Below the pieces are notes generated by a model. It worked only from the letters and a program-made list of their open reading frames with translations, searched no databases and was not told where the DNA came from. Shown in pieces: positions 51,494-61,006 of a DNA stretch of 64,000 nucleotides. Source of the stretch: Acutalibacteraceae bacterium. GTDB lineage: Bacteria; Bacillota; Clostridia; Oscillospirales; Acutalibacteraceae. Positions within the stretch are counted from its first letter, which is position 1; each line of letters begins with the position of its first letter. The stretch spans positions 3,944 to 67,943 of the forward strand of contig JAXJTR010000092.1 of NCBI GenBank assembly GCA_036309465.1, read 5' to 3'. The translations under genes and the position numbers were made by a program.

Positions 51494-52708
51494 ATGGAAA
51501 AACACCTAACAGCCAAAAAAAGTCAAACCACTGTAATTGACGAGAACCTACTAAATTTTAATTCTTTACCCCTTTCCAAATACATCATACTTCTTATAGG
51601 AATATCACAAGAACTCTTTTATTCCACAATTAAAGATACTCTTTCTCAATATTATCCATTAAGCACATTAAGCACTACACTTTATAGACTACGAACTAAT
51701 AAGGACATCATTGTCCATAATAGCCACGGAATTAAAAGTTATACTCTTACATCACAAGGAATGGAAAAATTAAAAACTATCTCACCTCTGTTATATGAAC
51801 AAAACAAAGATTATAAATTTCGTAATATTGAAAACAACCGAAAAAAGAAACAGGGACTTGCTGATTTAATAATCCATATTCATTCTTGCAACACTCTTAT
51901 TTCTTCTAATACAAAGCCTATGTTAAGTGAGCTAACTGAAAAGGACTTTGAGGCAAAAAATATATTTTACACAAAAAAAGAAATCTTAGATGAGTATTGC
52001 GGAAAAGAAATGGTACAAATCCAAAGCAGTATATTCAAAGGTCTATTTTTCGCTTTAGATACAATGTACATCACATACGTTATTAACGATACAACTAAAC
52101 TTTATAAATCAAATGAAGAAAAAATGTTTAGCACATTACAGAATATGTGCTATTACTATTGGGGCAAAAACACAAAAGTCAAAATATTAGTATATTATCA
52201 TAATAATTCATTTCAAAAATGGACTAATCAAAGCAAAGAAAATACAAACTCTAACTACATTAACAATTTAAGATTATTCTTAACTGACAAAATAAAACAC
52301 AGTTCAGATATAATCCAAGTATTTGATAATACTTCTCTTGAAGTATTCAAAAGGATAATTCGAGAACCTACTTTTACATCTACAATAACTTCAATCTTTC
52401 AAAATAAAACTCGCCCTGTAACCAGTGCAGATACTAACTGCATACTGTGCAATGCTGACAGAATTCTAAATAATAACCCTTTTTTCTTAAATCTTTCTAG
52501 TGCAACTCATACTATAACCAAAGCCGTTAAAGAAATAAAAGCAATAAACAAATTAGGATTAACTAATCTCAAAATGTATATAGGTACTTACCAGCATTTA
52601 GTCCCCTTAATGGAGCAAATATTAAAGAAACATAAACTTGATAACGCACAGATTTACACTGTAGATTTTAATACTAACATAGAACAATATGAGGAACTAT
52701 TAAGATAA
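51494..52708 (+). CDS. Large wHTH protein (MarR/Replic_Relax-like N-terminus) directly upstream of the coupling protein
   Basis: YPLSTLSTTLYRLRTNKDIIVHNSHGIKSYTLTSQG is wing-like. ATG 51494 follows GGGAGAA. Confidence 0.4.
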   Translation: MEKHLTAKKSQTTVIDENLLNFNSLPLSKYIILLIGISQELFYSTIKDTLSQYYPLSTLSTTLYRLRTNKDIIVHNSHGIKSYTLTSQGMEKLKTISPLLYEQNKDYKFRNIENNRKKKQGLADLIIHIHSCNTLISSNTKPMLSELTEKDFEAKNIFYTKKEILDEYCGKEMVQIQSSIFKGLFFALDTMYITYVINDTTKLYKSNEEKMFSTLQNMCYYYWGKNTKVKILVYYHNNSFQKWTNQSKENTNSNYINNLRLFLTDKIKHSSDIIQVFDNTSLEVFKRIIREPTFTSTITSIFQNKTRPVTSADTNCILCNADRILNNNPFFLNLSSATHTITKAVKEIKAINKLGLTNLKMYIGTYQHLVPLMEQILKKHKLDNAQIYTVDFNTNIEQYEELLR

Positions 52709-52790
52709 GTGTGAAAAATATGAAAATAAACAAAGGAATTTTATGATAAAATAACTTCATTAAATTATAAATAAAAGAGGTTAAATACTT

Positions 52791-55460
52791 ATGATTGATT
52801 TGGAAAATATCAAAGGAAATAGTAAAGAAAAAATAAATGAAATAAAAAATGAAACATTTAGACAAGGACAACATTTAGATAAAACTAAAATGAAAAAATC
52901 TAAAAAAATCTTTGCATTTGTCGGAATACTATTAACAACTGCGTATCTAATTGGATTAATAACGCAAGGAATATTACTGATACAAGAACAATTAAAGATT
53001 GAAGATATTAACTACGATATTTTTAATTGTCTTTTCTATGCGTTCAACCTAGAACATAGTAAATATTTATGGATTGTATCCATATTTATTGTTGTTATCA
53101 TCTCTCTAAAAATGATAGAATTAGGGGAAGCGAATAAAGGCTTTTCAAAAAAAGGCACATCAGACGATAGAGGTTTTTTTTATTCCGAAAAAGGAGATTT
53201 TGGCACAAACAGAATAATGTCTATTCCTGAAATGGAGAGAGTTTTTCATTTAACCGAAACAAATAACATTCCAAGTATAGAAGAATTAGCTTCATACAAT
53301 TATAAAGACGAAAATAACAATAGTGTTATTTCCACAGTGATAAAAAATTTACTTCCATCCAATAAAGCCCCCATAAACATCAGGCATCAAATGACACCCC
53401 AAGAATTAAACGAACAACAAGAATGGTATAACTCATTAAATACAAACTACCATCTTCTTGAAATATGGAACAAAGACCCTAACAACAAAAACAATGAGTT
53501 ACCAAACGGAATTTCAATATCAGAAGGTTGTATGAAAAATGATAAGGAAGCTCTAGCGAAAGTTTATAAAGAAAGTAAAAAACATATTCTGAACAGGTCA
53601 CAAAGAACTAATAAAGAAAACATTCCCATTAATGTATATGGAAATCAAACTATATTAGGACAAGAAATAACTCCATCAGGAGAACGAGGTAGACTTATAA
53701 CTTGGGCTAAAGATAGCTATTACAATCCAAATATATTTGTTATCGGCTCGCCAGGAACAATGAAAACAAGATGTCTTGCTAATACTTATGTTTTACAATG
53801 CCTAAGAAGAAAAGAAAGTATTGTTTGCATTGATACCAAAGGTTCTTTGTATTCGCAATATTCAGAAATGGCTAGAAGTATAGGTTATTCTGTATACATT
53901 CTTAATTTTTGTGATTTATCAAACTCGGACGGTTGGAACCCACTTGCTAATTGTAATTCAATAGAAAAAACACAACAGATATGTGATATTATCATAAAAA
54001 ACACTACCGATGGAAAAGGAGAAAAATTTTATGATGATGGTGAACAATTACTATTAACAGCACTTATTCAATATGTTTGTCTTAATGACAATATTCCTGA
54101 TGAAAACAAAACACTTCCATACATATACAATCTATTAATATCATATAACCTATCACAATTAGACAAACTATTCAGTGAACTCGAAATTGGTTCTCCTGCA
54201 AAATTAGCGTGGTTCAGTTTCTACAAAGGAGAAGCGAGTAAGAAAAACTGCTCAAACTTCTTACAAGGATTATTAATCCGTCTACAACTTCTTCAATCAA
54301 AGGAATTACAAGGAATACTATCGACTAATACAATATCAACTACTGATTTGGGATTAACTCCAACTATAATCTTTCTTCGTTTTCCAGACCAATCACTTAC
54401 ATATAAAGTTTACACTTCTCTTTTTATGACATTACTGCATATTGATTTAGTAGCGTTAGCAGATGCAACAGATGAATTGGTACTTCCAGTTAAAGTTAGC
54501 GTATTAGGAGATGAATTTTGTAACTCAGGAGAAATTCCAGATTATACTAACAAAATCTCTACAATTCGTTCAAGAGGTATATGTTCAATTATTATAATTC
54601 AAGATATTCCGCAATTCGCTAATCGTTATGATGACGATAGACACATAGAAATTGCAAGTGCTTGTGATGTCCTTGTATTTCTAGGTGCAAATGATACAGT
54701 AACAGCAAAATATGTTTCTGATTTAACAGGTGAGGCAACCATATCTCAACAAGGCGATAGCAAAATGTCAGCACTTAATCAAGTACGTATTGGGGAAAGC
54801 TACTCCACTGGAAAGAGAATGGTTTATACTGTAGGCGAAATTCTATCTCTCCCAATAGATATGCAACTAATACGAGTAAGAGGAAATCAAGTCCTTAAAT
54901 GTTATAAATATGACAGTGTTAATCATCCTGATAGCAAATACAGCAAACCTATTAACGCAAAAAAACATATCCCTGTTAGAACATACAATGGGCTTGAGCT
55001 ATTAACAGATATAAAAATAAACGAAAATACACCTACTTCAAATTCTACACAAAATTCATCCGCTTGTGCTGATAATAATAGTCAAACAAGAAGAATTGAA
55101 AAACGAGCTATTGAACGAGAAGCCAAACAATCACTGGACAATCAACCTCATCCATCAGAACAGCAAATCAATACTGCTCTTGAAACAAAAATTAAGAACA
55201 AATTAAGCATAACAAACGATACTCCTACTATCCCATTTCCCCCTGCCTCACAACAAGAACACTCACAAACGAAAATTTTAGAGGAAGAAATAAGAAATAA
55301 ATTAGGTATTCCTGTACCTAAAAAAAAGCGAACTGACAATTCAACCTTGCCCACAAAAACAACAACCAATCCCAACTCAACAGCCTGCGAATATTCGAGT
55401 AACATTGCAAGCTTATACTCAGAAAAACAACCTGATATAAATAATGATTGGGAATTGTAA
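52791..55460 (+). CDS. virD4: Type IV coupling protein (TraG/VirD4 family)
   Basis: Two N-terminal TM helices. P-loop is VIGSPGTMKTR. VSVLGDEFCNSGEIP is a Walker B/T4CP signature. Also IIIQDIPQFANRY. Confidence 0.8.
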   Translation: MIDLENIKGNSKEKINEIKNETFRQGQHLDKTKMKKSKKIFAFVGILLTTAYLIGLITQGILLIQEQLKIEDINYDIFNCLFYAFNLEHSKYLWIVSIFIVVIISLKMIELGEANKGFSKKGTSDDRGFFYSEKGDFGTNRIMSIPEMERVFHLTETNNIPSIEELASYNYKDENNNSVISTVIKNLLPSNKAPINIRHQMTPQELNEQQEWYNSLNTNYHLLEIWNKDPNNKNNELPNGISISEGCMKNDKEALAKVYKESKKHILNRSQRTNKENIPINVYGNQTILGQEITPSGERGRLITWAKDSYYNPNIFVIGSPGTMKTRCLANTYVLQCLRRKESIVCIDTKGSLYSQYSEMARSIGYSVYILNFCDLSNSDGWNPLANCNSIEKTQQICDIIIKNTTDGKGEKFYDDGEQLLLTALIQYVCLNDNIPDENKTLPYIYNLLISYNLSQLDKLFSELEIGSPAKLAWFSFYKGEASKKNCSNFLQGLLIRLQLLQSKELQGILSTNTISTTDLGLTPTIIFLRFPDQSLTYKVYTSLFMTLLHIDLVALADATDELVLPVKVSVLGDEFCNSGEIPDYTNKISTIRSRGICSIIIIQDIPQFANRYDDDRHIEIASACDVLVFLGANDTVTAKYVSDLTGEATISQQGDSKMSALNQVRIGESYSTGKRMVYTVGEILSLPIDMQLIRVRGNQVLKCYKYDSVNHPDSKYSKPINAKKHIPVRTYNGLELLTDIKINENTPTSNSTQNSSACADNNSQTRRIEKRAIEREAKQSLDNQPHPSEQQINTALETKIKNKLSITNDTPTIPFPPASQQEHSQTKILEEEIRNKLGIPVPKKKRTDNSTLPTKTTTNPNSTACEYSSNIASLYSEKQPDINNDWEL

Positions 55461-55517
55461 AAAACATTTCAAATAGCCGTTATTAATACATCTGATAACG
55501 GCTATTATTAAATAAAA

Positions 55518-55557
55518 ATTCATCTTTTTCACATTTTTTTGCCGTATGGCAAAAAAA
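55518..55557 (+). promoter_or_regulatory. TTTTTCAC + TTTTTTTGCC-GTAT-GGCAAAAAAA box (copy 3 of 4)
   Basis: ATTCATCTTTTTCACATTTTTTTGCCGTATGGCAAAAAAA. A direct repeat of it lies ~97 nt downstream. Confidence 0.6.
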
Positions 55558-55613
55558 TAATAATCATTCTTATTTTTGGCATATTTTTCAACTTTAAACA
55601 CGCTCATAAAAAA

Positions 55614-55654
55614 TATTCATCTTTTTCACGCTTTTTTGCCTTATGGCAAAAAAA
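55614..55654 (+). promoter_or_regulatory. TTTTTCACG + TTTTTTGCC-TTAT-GGCAAAAAAA box (copy 4 of 4)
   Basis: ATTCATCTTTTTCACGCTTTTTTGCCTTATGGCAAAAAAA. Ends 8 nt before the -35 of leader copy D. Confidence 0.6.
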
Positions 55655-55661
55655 TTAACTA

Positions 55662-55997
55662 TTGCTAATATAAGTAGTTTATGTTATAATCTTGTTATTA
55701 GTTATTGTGGTTTTATTAAAATATAAAACTTATTATCTGTTCTCAACGAAGAACAGCACGTGTGTGAAGCTTATCATTTTTGATAAAAACACATTTGGAA
55801 ACTCTACTGTACAAGTAGAGAGCATTAAACTTATGTTTAACGCTAAGTGCTATGCACTAATTTATAACCTTTGGGATAAACACATACTTTTGTAATTGCC
55901 ATTAATATTGGCTTTTTCAGAGTATGTGTTTTTTTATATTTTAAAGAAAGGATAATAGCTACATTAGGTCAGTAGCAAAACAACAACAGAAATTAAT
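55662..55997 (+). ncRNA. Structured RNA leader module, copy D
   Basis: TTGCTA (55662-55667), 17 nt, TGtTATAAT (55685-55690). Same hairpins and terminator as copy C (T-run ends ~55935). Then the GCTAC-ATTAGGTCA-GTAGC hairpin and a CAACAACAGAAATT tract. Confidence 0.7.
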
Positions 55998-56026
55998 TTA
56001 GAGAAAGATTAAAGAGGTGATATAAT

Positions 56027-56137
56027 ATGTTCATTGAAATGGTCATTATCGGATTTATTATTTATACTCTAATTGCCCTACTAACATATATGATTGCAAT
56101 AAAAGCATCATTAATTATAGAGAAAAAATTCTCTTAA
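56027..56137 (+). CDS. Tiny hydrophobic peptide (36 aa) downstream of leader copy D
   Basis: Translation is MFIEMVIIGFIIYTLIALLTYMIAIKASLIIEKKFS. RBS is AAAGAGGTGA. Confidence 0.4.
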   Translation: MFIEMVIIGFIIYTLIALLTYMIAIKASLIIEKKFS

Positions 56138-56246
56138 ATAAAATGTATAAATTCAATGCTTTATAAACTTACTAAAAAAACTTATTACAAAACAAATAAG
56201 ATATTATATGAGCTTGAAATTATAAAATAAAAGGAGGCAAAATAAA

Positions 56247-56486
56247 TTGCAAGAACCAAAAATTATCTCTCCCTATTTAGTCGGAGTTAATAGCTACGGT
56301 ACACCTTTTTACAAAGACGAAGAAGGTGAATATAACTATGTTATATACAAAAGAGATAACAAGGGTAATTATGAATATCATACCGATAAAAATGATAACA
56401 TATATACTTTTGCAGATGAACAAGAAGCACAAATATTTTGCAATCAATTAAACCACCAATATTTGACTGTGAGGAATGTGCTATGA
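56247..56486 (+). CDS. Hypothetical small protein
   Basis: TTG start 9 nt after AGGAGG. Confidence 0.5.
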   Translation: MQEPKIISPYLVGVNSYGTPFYKDEEGEYNYVIYKRDNKGNYEYHTDKNDNIYTFADEQEAQIFCNQLNHQYLTVRNVL

Positions 56487-56698
56487 TTGATAAATCATTA
56501 GATGAATTTGAAAACGACCGAAACACTGCACTTTTCAGTTTTAACAAGGAGAAAATACTCGCCTATATGGACAAGTATAATATAACTCCAGCGACAAACG
56601 AAAAAGCGTTTTGGGATGGTGTCTGTATAGCAGTCTTGCAAATATCAACAGCACCAGCAAATATTAAAGAAAAAGCTAAAGAGATGCTTAAAAAATAA
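56483..56698 (+). CDS. Hypothetical small protein
   Basis: ATGA overlap with the upstream stop. RBS is GAGGAA. Confidence 0.5.
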   Translation: MIDKSLDEFENDRNTALFSFNKEKILAYMDKYNITPATNEKAFWDGVCIAVLQISTAPANIKEKAKEMLKK

Positions 56699-56814
56699 AC
56701 TAAACGCAAAAATTATATTATTATCAATATTTTTAGAAATCCCACTTATTTCCTTAGTATTTATAAAAGCGAAATAGGTGTTTTTTATTTGTAATCAAGA
56801 AAGAAGGAATTTTA

Positions 56815-57366
56815 TTGAATGATAAAATAAAAAGTGTTATTATGGAAGGGACACTTGTTCGACTTATAGCTATGGACGATAAACAAGCCCCACCATCTGG
56901 AACATACGGTATCATTAATCACATTGATGACATAGGAACAATACATACACAATGGCAAAACGGTTCATCTTTAGGGATTATATATGACTTAGATAATATA
57001 GAATACATTAAAACAGTTATATATAATCTTCCTTCAAACAAGTGTATTGAGGTTATAACACCTTTACGTTCCCAAACAACTCCAACAGATACTAAAATTC
57101 AAGAGGTAGCTATAAAACATATCAAATATGACAAAATATTATCTTTAGATGAAACATTAACACCATCTGAAATAATAAAAGCATTTATACAAATGCTTTA
57201 TACATCTGCTACAATAATAACGAACAAAGCACTTGTCTTTGCAGAAGCAGTAAAAAAATATCAATCTGCACAACACGATTGGGATATATGTTCTTTAAAT
57301 AACAAACATAATTTCAACTATGAAAGAACTTATAATGAAATCAAAAATATGATTAATCAAAACTAA
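56815..57366 (+). CDS. Protein with an N-terminal DUF4314-like domain
   Basis: LVRLIAMDDKQAPPSGTYGIINHIDDIGTIHTQWQNGSSLGIIYDLD matches the DUF4314 pattern as I remember it. Confidence 0.5.
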   Translation: MNDKIKSVIMEGTLVRLIAMDDKQAPPSGTYGIINHIDDIGTIHTQWQNGSSLGIIYDLDNIEYIKTVIYNLPSNKCIEVITPLRSQTTPTDTKIQEVAIKHIKYDKILSLDETLTPSEIIKAFIQMLYTSATIITNKALVFAEAVKKYQSAQHDWDICSLNNKHNFNYERTYNEIKNMINQN

Positions 57367-57381
57367 GAAAGAGGTTTGAAT

Positions 57382-57906
57382 ATGAACGAAAACAAAAGCT
57401 GGATAACAAGAATAGCTAAGTTACAGAATTGGACACAACAACAAATTAATGTTTTCTTAGAAACTGCAACTGATACAAGCGACAACAACGAAATCTGGGT
57501 AAATGCTTTAAATAAATTGTATTCTACTGAGAGTGTTAAATTAAAACTCGTTAAAAATGCCGAAGGATTTACTTCTAACGATGCACTTTTTGAAGTGCAG
57601 ACAAAAAATTTCGGTACAATTACCACCTATGCTAATGTACCTGAGAGTGCTTGCTTTTGGGCAATCACATCAAACATTGCAGAACATTTTGCTTCCATCC
57701 AAGAAATCGTTGACAAAATCAACACCTTCTCAGTATTATCTCTTGATTTTTACTGTGGACGTCCACTAATTAAAGAATTTTCAAATATTCAATTAGATAA
57801 CAACTCATCATCTGCCGTTTATTTGCGACATATTGAGAATGAGCTAATTGAAACAAACAATTTGTTATCAAATAAAGATTATTTCAATCTACTTTCTGAA
57901 TACTAA
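57382..57906 (+). CDS. Hypothetical protein
   Basis: ATG 57382 lies 9 nt after AAGAGG. A terminator follows at about 57930-57968. Confidence 0.5.
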   Translation: MNENKSWITRIAKLQNWTQQQINVFLETATDTSDNNEIWVNALNKLYSTESVKLKLVKNAEGFTSNDALFEVQTKNFGTITTYANVPESACFWAITSNIAEHFASIQEIVDKINTFSVLSLDFYCGRPLIKEFSNIQLDNNSSSAVYLRHIENELIETNNLLSNKDYFNLLSEY

Positions 57907-57997
57907 TTTGCTATTTTATAGCTATACCAAAAACATCATTTATCTTAAAAGGTAAATGATGTTTTTTCTATTGTTAATTAGGAAAGAATGGTGAATA

Positions 57998-58492
57998 ATG
58001 CCTGTTCAAAAAATCACTAGTGCTATAGATAAGATGAAAATAGCAGAAATTGATTGTACTCAATATGCTAAATTAATTAATCAACTATATAAGCCTATTA
58101 TTGAAAACAAAGACATTAGCCAACGTATGCTTAATGAAATAATATCAGTAGAACGCCAAAGAATTAGATTGAATGGCAATAAAACTATGTGTTACGAATA
58201 TCTAGCTATAGCTTATGAGCTAACTAATATATCTTACATTATGAGCGTTATTAGCTACTTCCGTAACAAGGAATTTATAATAGCAGACTTATTACTTGAT
58301 TATTTTAATTTTTTAATATCAGAGATTAAAAACAATAAAAAAACTAAATATTTAGTAGGCACATACTCTCATTTATTCAGTGAGGCTATAACCGAATTAA
58401 ACTTCTCTGCTAGAAAAAACATTTTACTAAGTAGCAGACTAAAAAATAATATTGCAACAACAAAAATTAATAAAAAGGAAGAAACATTATGA
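57998..58492 (+). CDS. Hypothetical protein
   Basis: RBS is GGAAAGAATGGTGA; 164 aa. Confidence 0.5.
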   Translation: MPVQKITSAIDKMKIAEIDCTQYAKLINQLYKPIIENKDISQRMLNEIISVERQRIRLNGNKTMCYEYLAIAYELTNISYIMSVISYFRNKEFIIADLLLDYFNFLISEIKNNKKTKYLVGTYSHLFSEAITELNFSARKNILLSSRLKNNIATTKINKKEETL

Positions 58493-58782
58493 ATGGTAAA
58501 AAGAAAACACCTTGTTATGTACTTAATCACCTTGTAAACGGTACATCTGTTTATAGTCAACCATATACTAACCTTGGAAGAGCAATTAAAGATATGAAAG
58601 ACCAGTACGACGAGCTGGTTAACGAATATAAAAATAAAATCGTCGAAAACAACATAGATACCCAGAAAAAACAGGCTTGGTTATCAATCAGTGATAACGA
58701 CTATAGTTGGTATATCAACAAAGTCAGTAAAAAAAGTTACTGGTCAAGAGTTAGTATAGACAGCAGATTTATCTTTTCGTAA
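58489..58782 (+). CDS. Hypothetical protein
   Basis: Start overlaps the upstream stop. RBS is AAGGAAGAA. Confidence 0.5.
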   Translation: MNGKKKTPCYVLNHLVNGTSVYSQPYTNLGRAIKDMKDQYDELVNEYKNKIVENNIDTQKKQAWLSISDNDYSWYINKVSKKSYWSRVSIDSRFIFS

Positions 58783-58797
58783 TCAAGGAGAAACAGT

Positions 58798-59514
58798 ATG
58801 AATGATATTTTTAAGAATAAAAGAGTTCCAGCAAATACAAATAAAACTAATCCAGCACCGACTGCACCAGTCCCTGTTGCATCTAACGCCACAGGAACTA
58901 AACAGAACAATGCTTCCACACAGTCAAAATCAAATAATGGATTTGAAGTACGTGGAGATGAAAACGAAATAATGTCAATTCATACCAATAAAAACTTTGT
59001 TAAAGTAAAAAGTGATACTTTAAGCATAAAGAGATTTCATCTTTCTTTCGTTGAACACGATAATAGCTATAAGCTATTAGACAACATTGAGATGTATTTA
59101 GATTTCAAATCAGCCTCATTATTGGTAAGTGAATTTAACCGAAATGTTTTTGACCAAAAAATAGTAGCCTCATTAAATGAAGCTAAAGCAAATAACAGTA
59201 ACTTCCCTAAACCTGTATTCAAAAGCAATATGGGTGGAGTAAACGAAGCAAAGGCTAATCGTTCTGATGGAAAAGCAATATCCAGATACTTCGACATTAG
59301 TGCTGGTAACAAATATCCATTTGTTATATGTGCCTACGAATTTAAGGCACATACTGACAATAAATCTGGCATCATTATTCCTGAAGGAAAACCTGAGAAA
59401 ACAATAAGAATACCTGTATCCTATGACGATTTTAATTATTTCGTAAAGGAATTAGAAAACTATATGATAGCTTACGCTACCGTCCGTACTCAATATATAA
59501 TTAATAAAAAGTAA
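58798..59514 (+). CDS. Hypothetical protein with a disordered N-terminus
   Basis: RBS is CAAGGAGAA; 238 aa. Confidence 0.55.
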   Translation: MNDIFKNKRVPANTNKTNPAPTAPVPVASNATGTKQNNASTQSKSNNGFEVRGDENEIMSIHTNKNFVKVKSDTLSIKRFHLSFVEHDNSYKLLDNIEMYLDFKSASLLVSEFNRNVFDQKIVASLNEAKANNSNFPKPVFKSNMGGVNEAKANRSDGKAISRYFDISAGNKYPFVICAYEFKAHTDNKSGIIIPEGKPEKTIRIPVSYDDFNYFVKELENYMIAYATVRTQYIINKK

Positions 59515-59515
59515 C

Positions 59516-59560
59516 AAAAAAGCTGTCGCAATTCTTAGAATTTGCGACAGCTTCTTTTTA
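59516..59560. terminator. Bidirectional terminator between convergent genes
   Basis: AGCTGTCGCAA / TTGCGACAGCT stem flanked by A-run and T-run. Confidence 0.7.
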
Positions 59561-59577
59561 TTAAAAAAATAAAGCTA

Positions 59578-60003
59578 TTATTTTTTTGTCTTTTCATAAA
59601 ATGCTCTGAACTCTTTTGCAAGCTCTATAGTATGTATGTTAAAAAATATACCAGCATATTCTAGTTTTCCTACTAGCAACATCATAAATTTTTCAGTTGT
59701 AAAATTTTCGCAAAAACGCAAATATTCCTCTCTTATGTATTCCTTATTATCACAAGATTTTTCAATACGTTCTTTTGTTTCGTCAAGTATTTTATTTGCT
59801 AAATCAATAACATTTTGTCTTGGCACATAAACTACTATTGTTTTCTTTTCAGCGTTGTATGAATTAGGCTTTTTTGTGAAGAAGTTATAGGAGCGAGTTA
59901 AGAAAACTATATCTTTCGATTTATAATCTTTATAAAGAATTTCTTTTTCTTCAAAATAAAGATTTAATTGCTCCTTTGTAATTTCCTCTCCGAATACCTT
60001 CAT
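59578..60003 (-). CDS. Hypothetical protein
   Basis: RBS is AGAAAGGA; 141 aa. Confidence 0.5.
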   Translation of the reverse strand: MKVFGEEITKEQLNLYFEEKEILYKDYKSKDIVFLTRSYNFFTKKPNSYNAEKKTIVVYVPRQNVIDLANKILDETKERIEKSCDNKEYIREEYLRFCENFTTEKFMMLLVGKLEYAGIFFNIHTIELAKEFRAFYEKTKK

Positions 60004-60048
60004 AGCAATATCCTTTCTGTGGCTTTCAAAAATATATTACAAATTTGA

Positions 60049-60070
60049 TGCAAATAAATGTAGTCAATTA
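60049..60070 (-). promoter_or_regulatory. 22-bp box TAATTGACTACATTTATTTGCA (minus-strand reading), copy 1 of 4
   Basis: Identical box at 60499-60520. Near-identical boxes in plus orientation at 63687-63708 and 63719-63740. Confidence 0.6.
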
Positions 60071-60100
60071 AATTAATCTCTTTCAAAATAAATAATATTT

Positions 60101-60427
60101 CTAAATCATCTTGGATAAATACTTATTAAAGTTCTCATTCAGTTCGCTTATAACTTCATTAAAAAACTCGTCTGTTGTACCACAAACCAATATGTTTACG
60201 AAATTTTTATCATCTTCGTTACCATCTATCAAAAAATATTCCTTAGTGGTGGATGAAGATACCATTTGACATATATAGCATACTCCACTGTCAGCTCGTA
60301 ATATCACAATTTTTTTATCAGCCAACATATAATATCTTAAAGATGAAAAATATCCTTTTTCTAATGTTCCATTATACATTTCATACAATGTAATTTTAGT
60401 CTTTAATATTTCTTTATCGGTCGTCAT
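60101..60427 (-). CDS. Hypothetical protein
   Basis: RBS is ATAGGAG; 108 aa. Confidence 0.5.
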   Translation of the reverse strand: MTTDKEILKTKITLYEMYNGTLEKGYFSSLRYYMLADKKIVILRADSGVCYICQMVSSSTTKEYFLIDGNEDDKNFVNILVCGTTDEFFNEVISELNENFNKYLSKMI

Positions 60428-60498
60428 ATTAAACTCCTATTCAAATAATAATTTAATTGCACATCTGTTATAAATAGTAAACCCTTTGACAAACTTAA

Positions 60499-60520
60499 TG
60501 CAAATAAATGTAGTCAATTA
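60499..60520 (-). promoter_or_regulatory. 22-bp box, copy 2 of 4
   Basis: Lies between the 60522-60950 and 60101-60427 genes. The flanking ~33 nt are also shared with copy 1. Confidence 0.6.
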
Positions 60521-60521
60521 A

Positions 60522-60950
60522 TTAAAAGCTATCTGAGATAAATGGATTACGGTTAAAAACACATCCAAAATCTTTATCCAAATCTTCTTGGTATTCTTTT
60601 TTTAGCATTTCTTTTATAACAATAATATCATCATCTGTTAAACTCTCTACTTCATAATCCCACAGTTCATCAGCCCCATTAATTGGCTTAGTTCGCACGA
60701 ACACGGCAGTACCAACTATTTTTTGAATAGAAAACGGAGAATTAACAACATTAAGATAAAAATTATGTTCTAAATTCTTACATAATCCTTCTTCATCAAC
60801 AGCCATATATATGTCTGAACTAATTCTTACAAACTCTAAATAATTCCCCTTACCTATGTATTTCTCACACAATTCTGAACGATATTGTTCTGATGCAACG
60901 TCTACGACTTCTAAAGGTTTCCCTACATATTTTACTGCTATTCTACTCAT
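60522..60950 (-). CDS. DUF3846-like protein
   Basis: Pattern KPLEVVDV...YLEFVRISSDIYMAVDEEGLCKNLEHNF...IVGTAVFV resembles DUF3846. Recalled from memory, not verified. Confidence 0.4.
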   Translation of the reverse strand: MSRIAVKYVGKPLEVVDVASEQYRSELCEKYIGKGNYLEFVRISSDIYMAVDEEGLCKNLEHNFYLNVVNSPFSIQKIVGTAVFVRTKPINGADELWDYEVESLTDDDIIVIKEMLKKEYQEDLDKDFGCVFNRNPFISDSF

Positions 60951-61006
60951 AAATAATCTCCTTTACACTTGACACGGTGGCAAATTTTTATTTTTATTGT
61001 TGGATA

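Noticed and set aside
51285-51509. A 74-aa ORF in the gap upstream of the 51494 gene
   Set aside because: It starts inside a terminator stem and runs through the nested palindrome and the promoter region. It has no RBS. The region is better explained as regulatory or oriT-like DNA.
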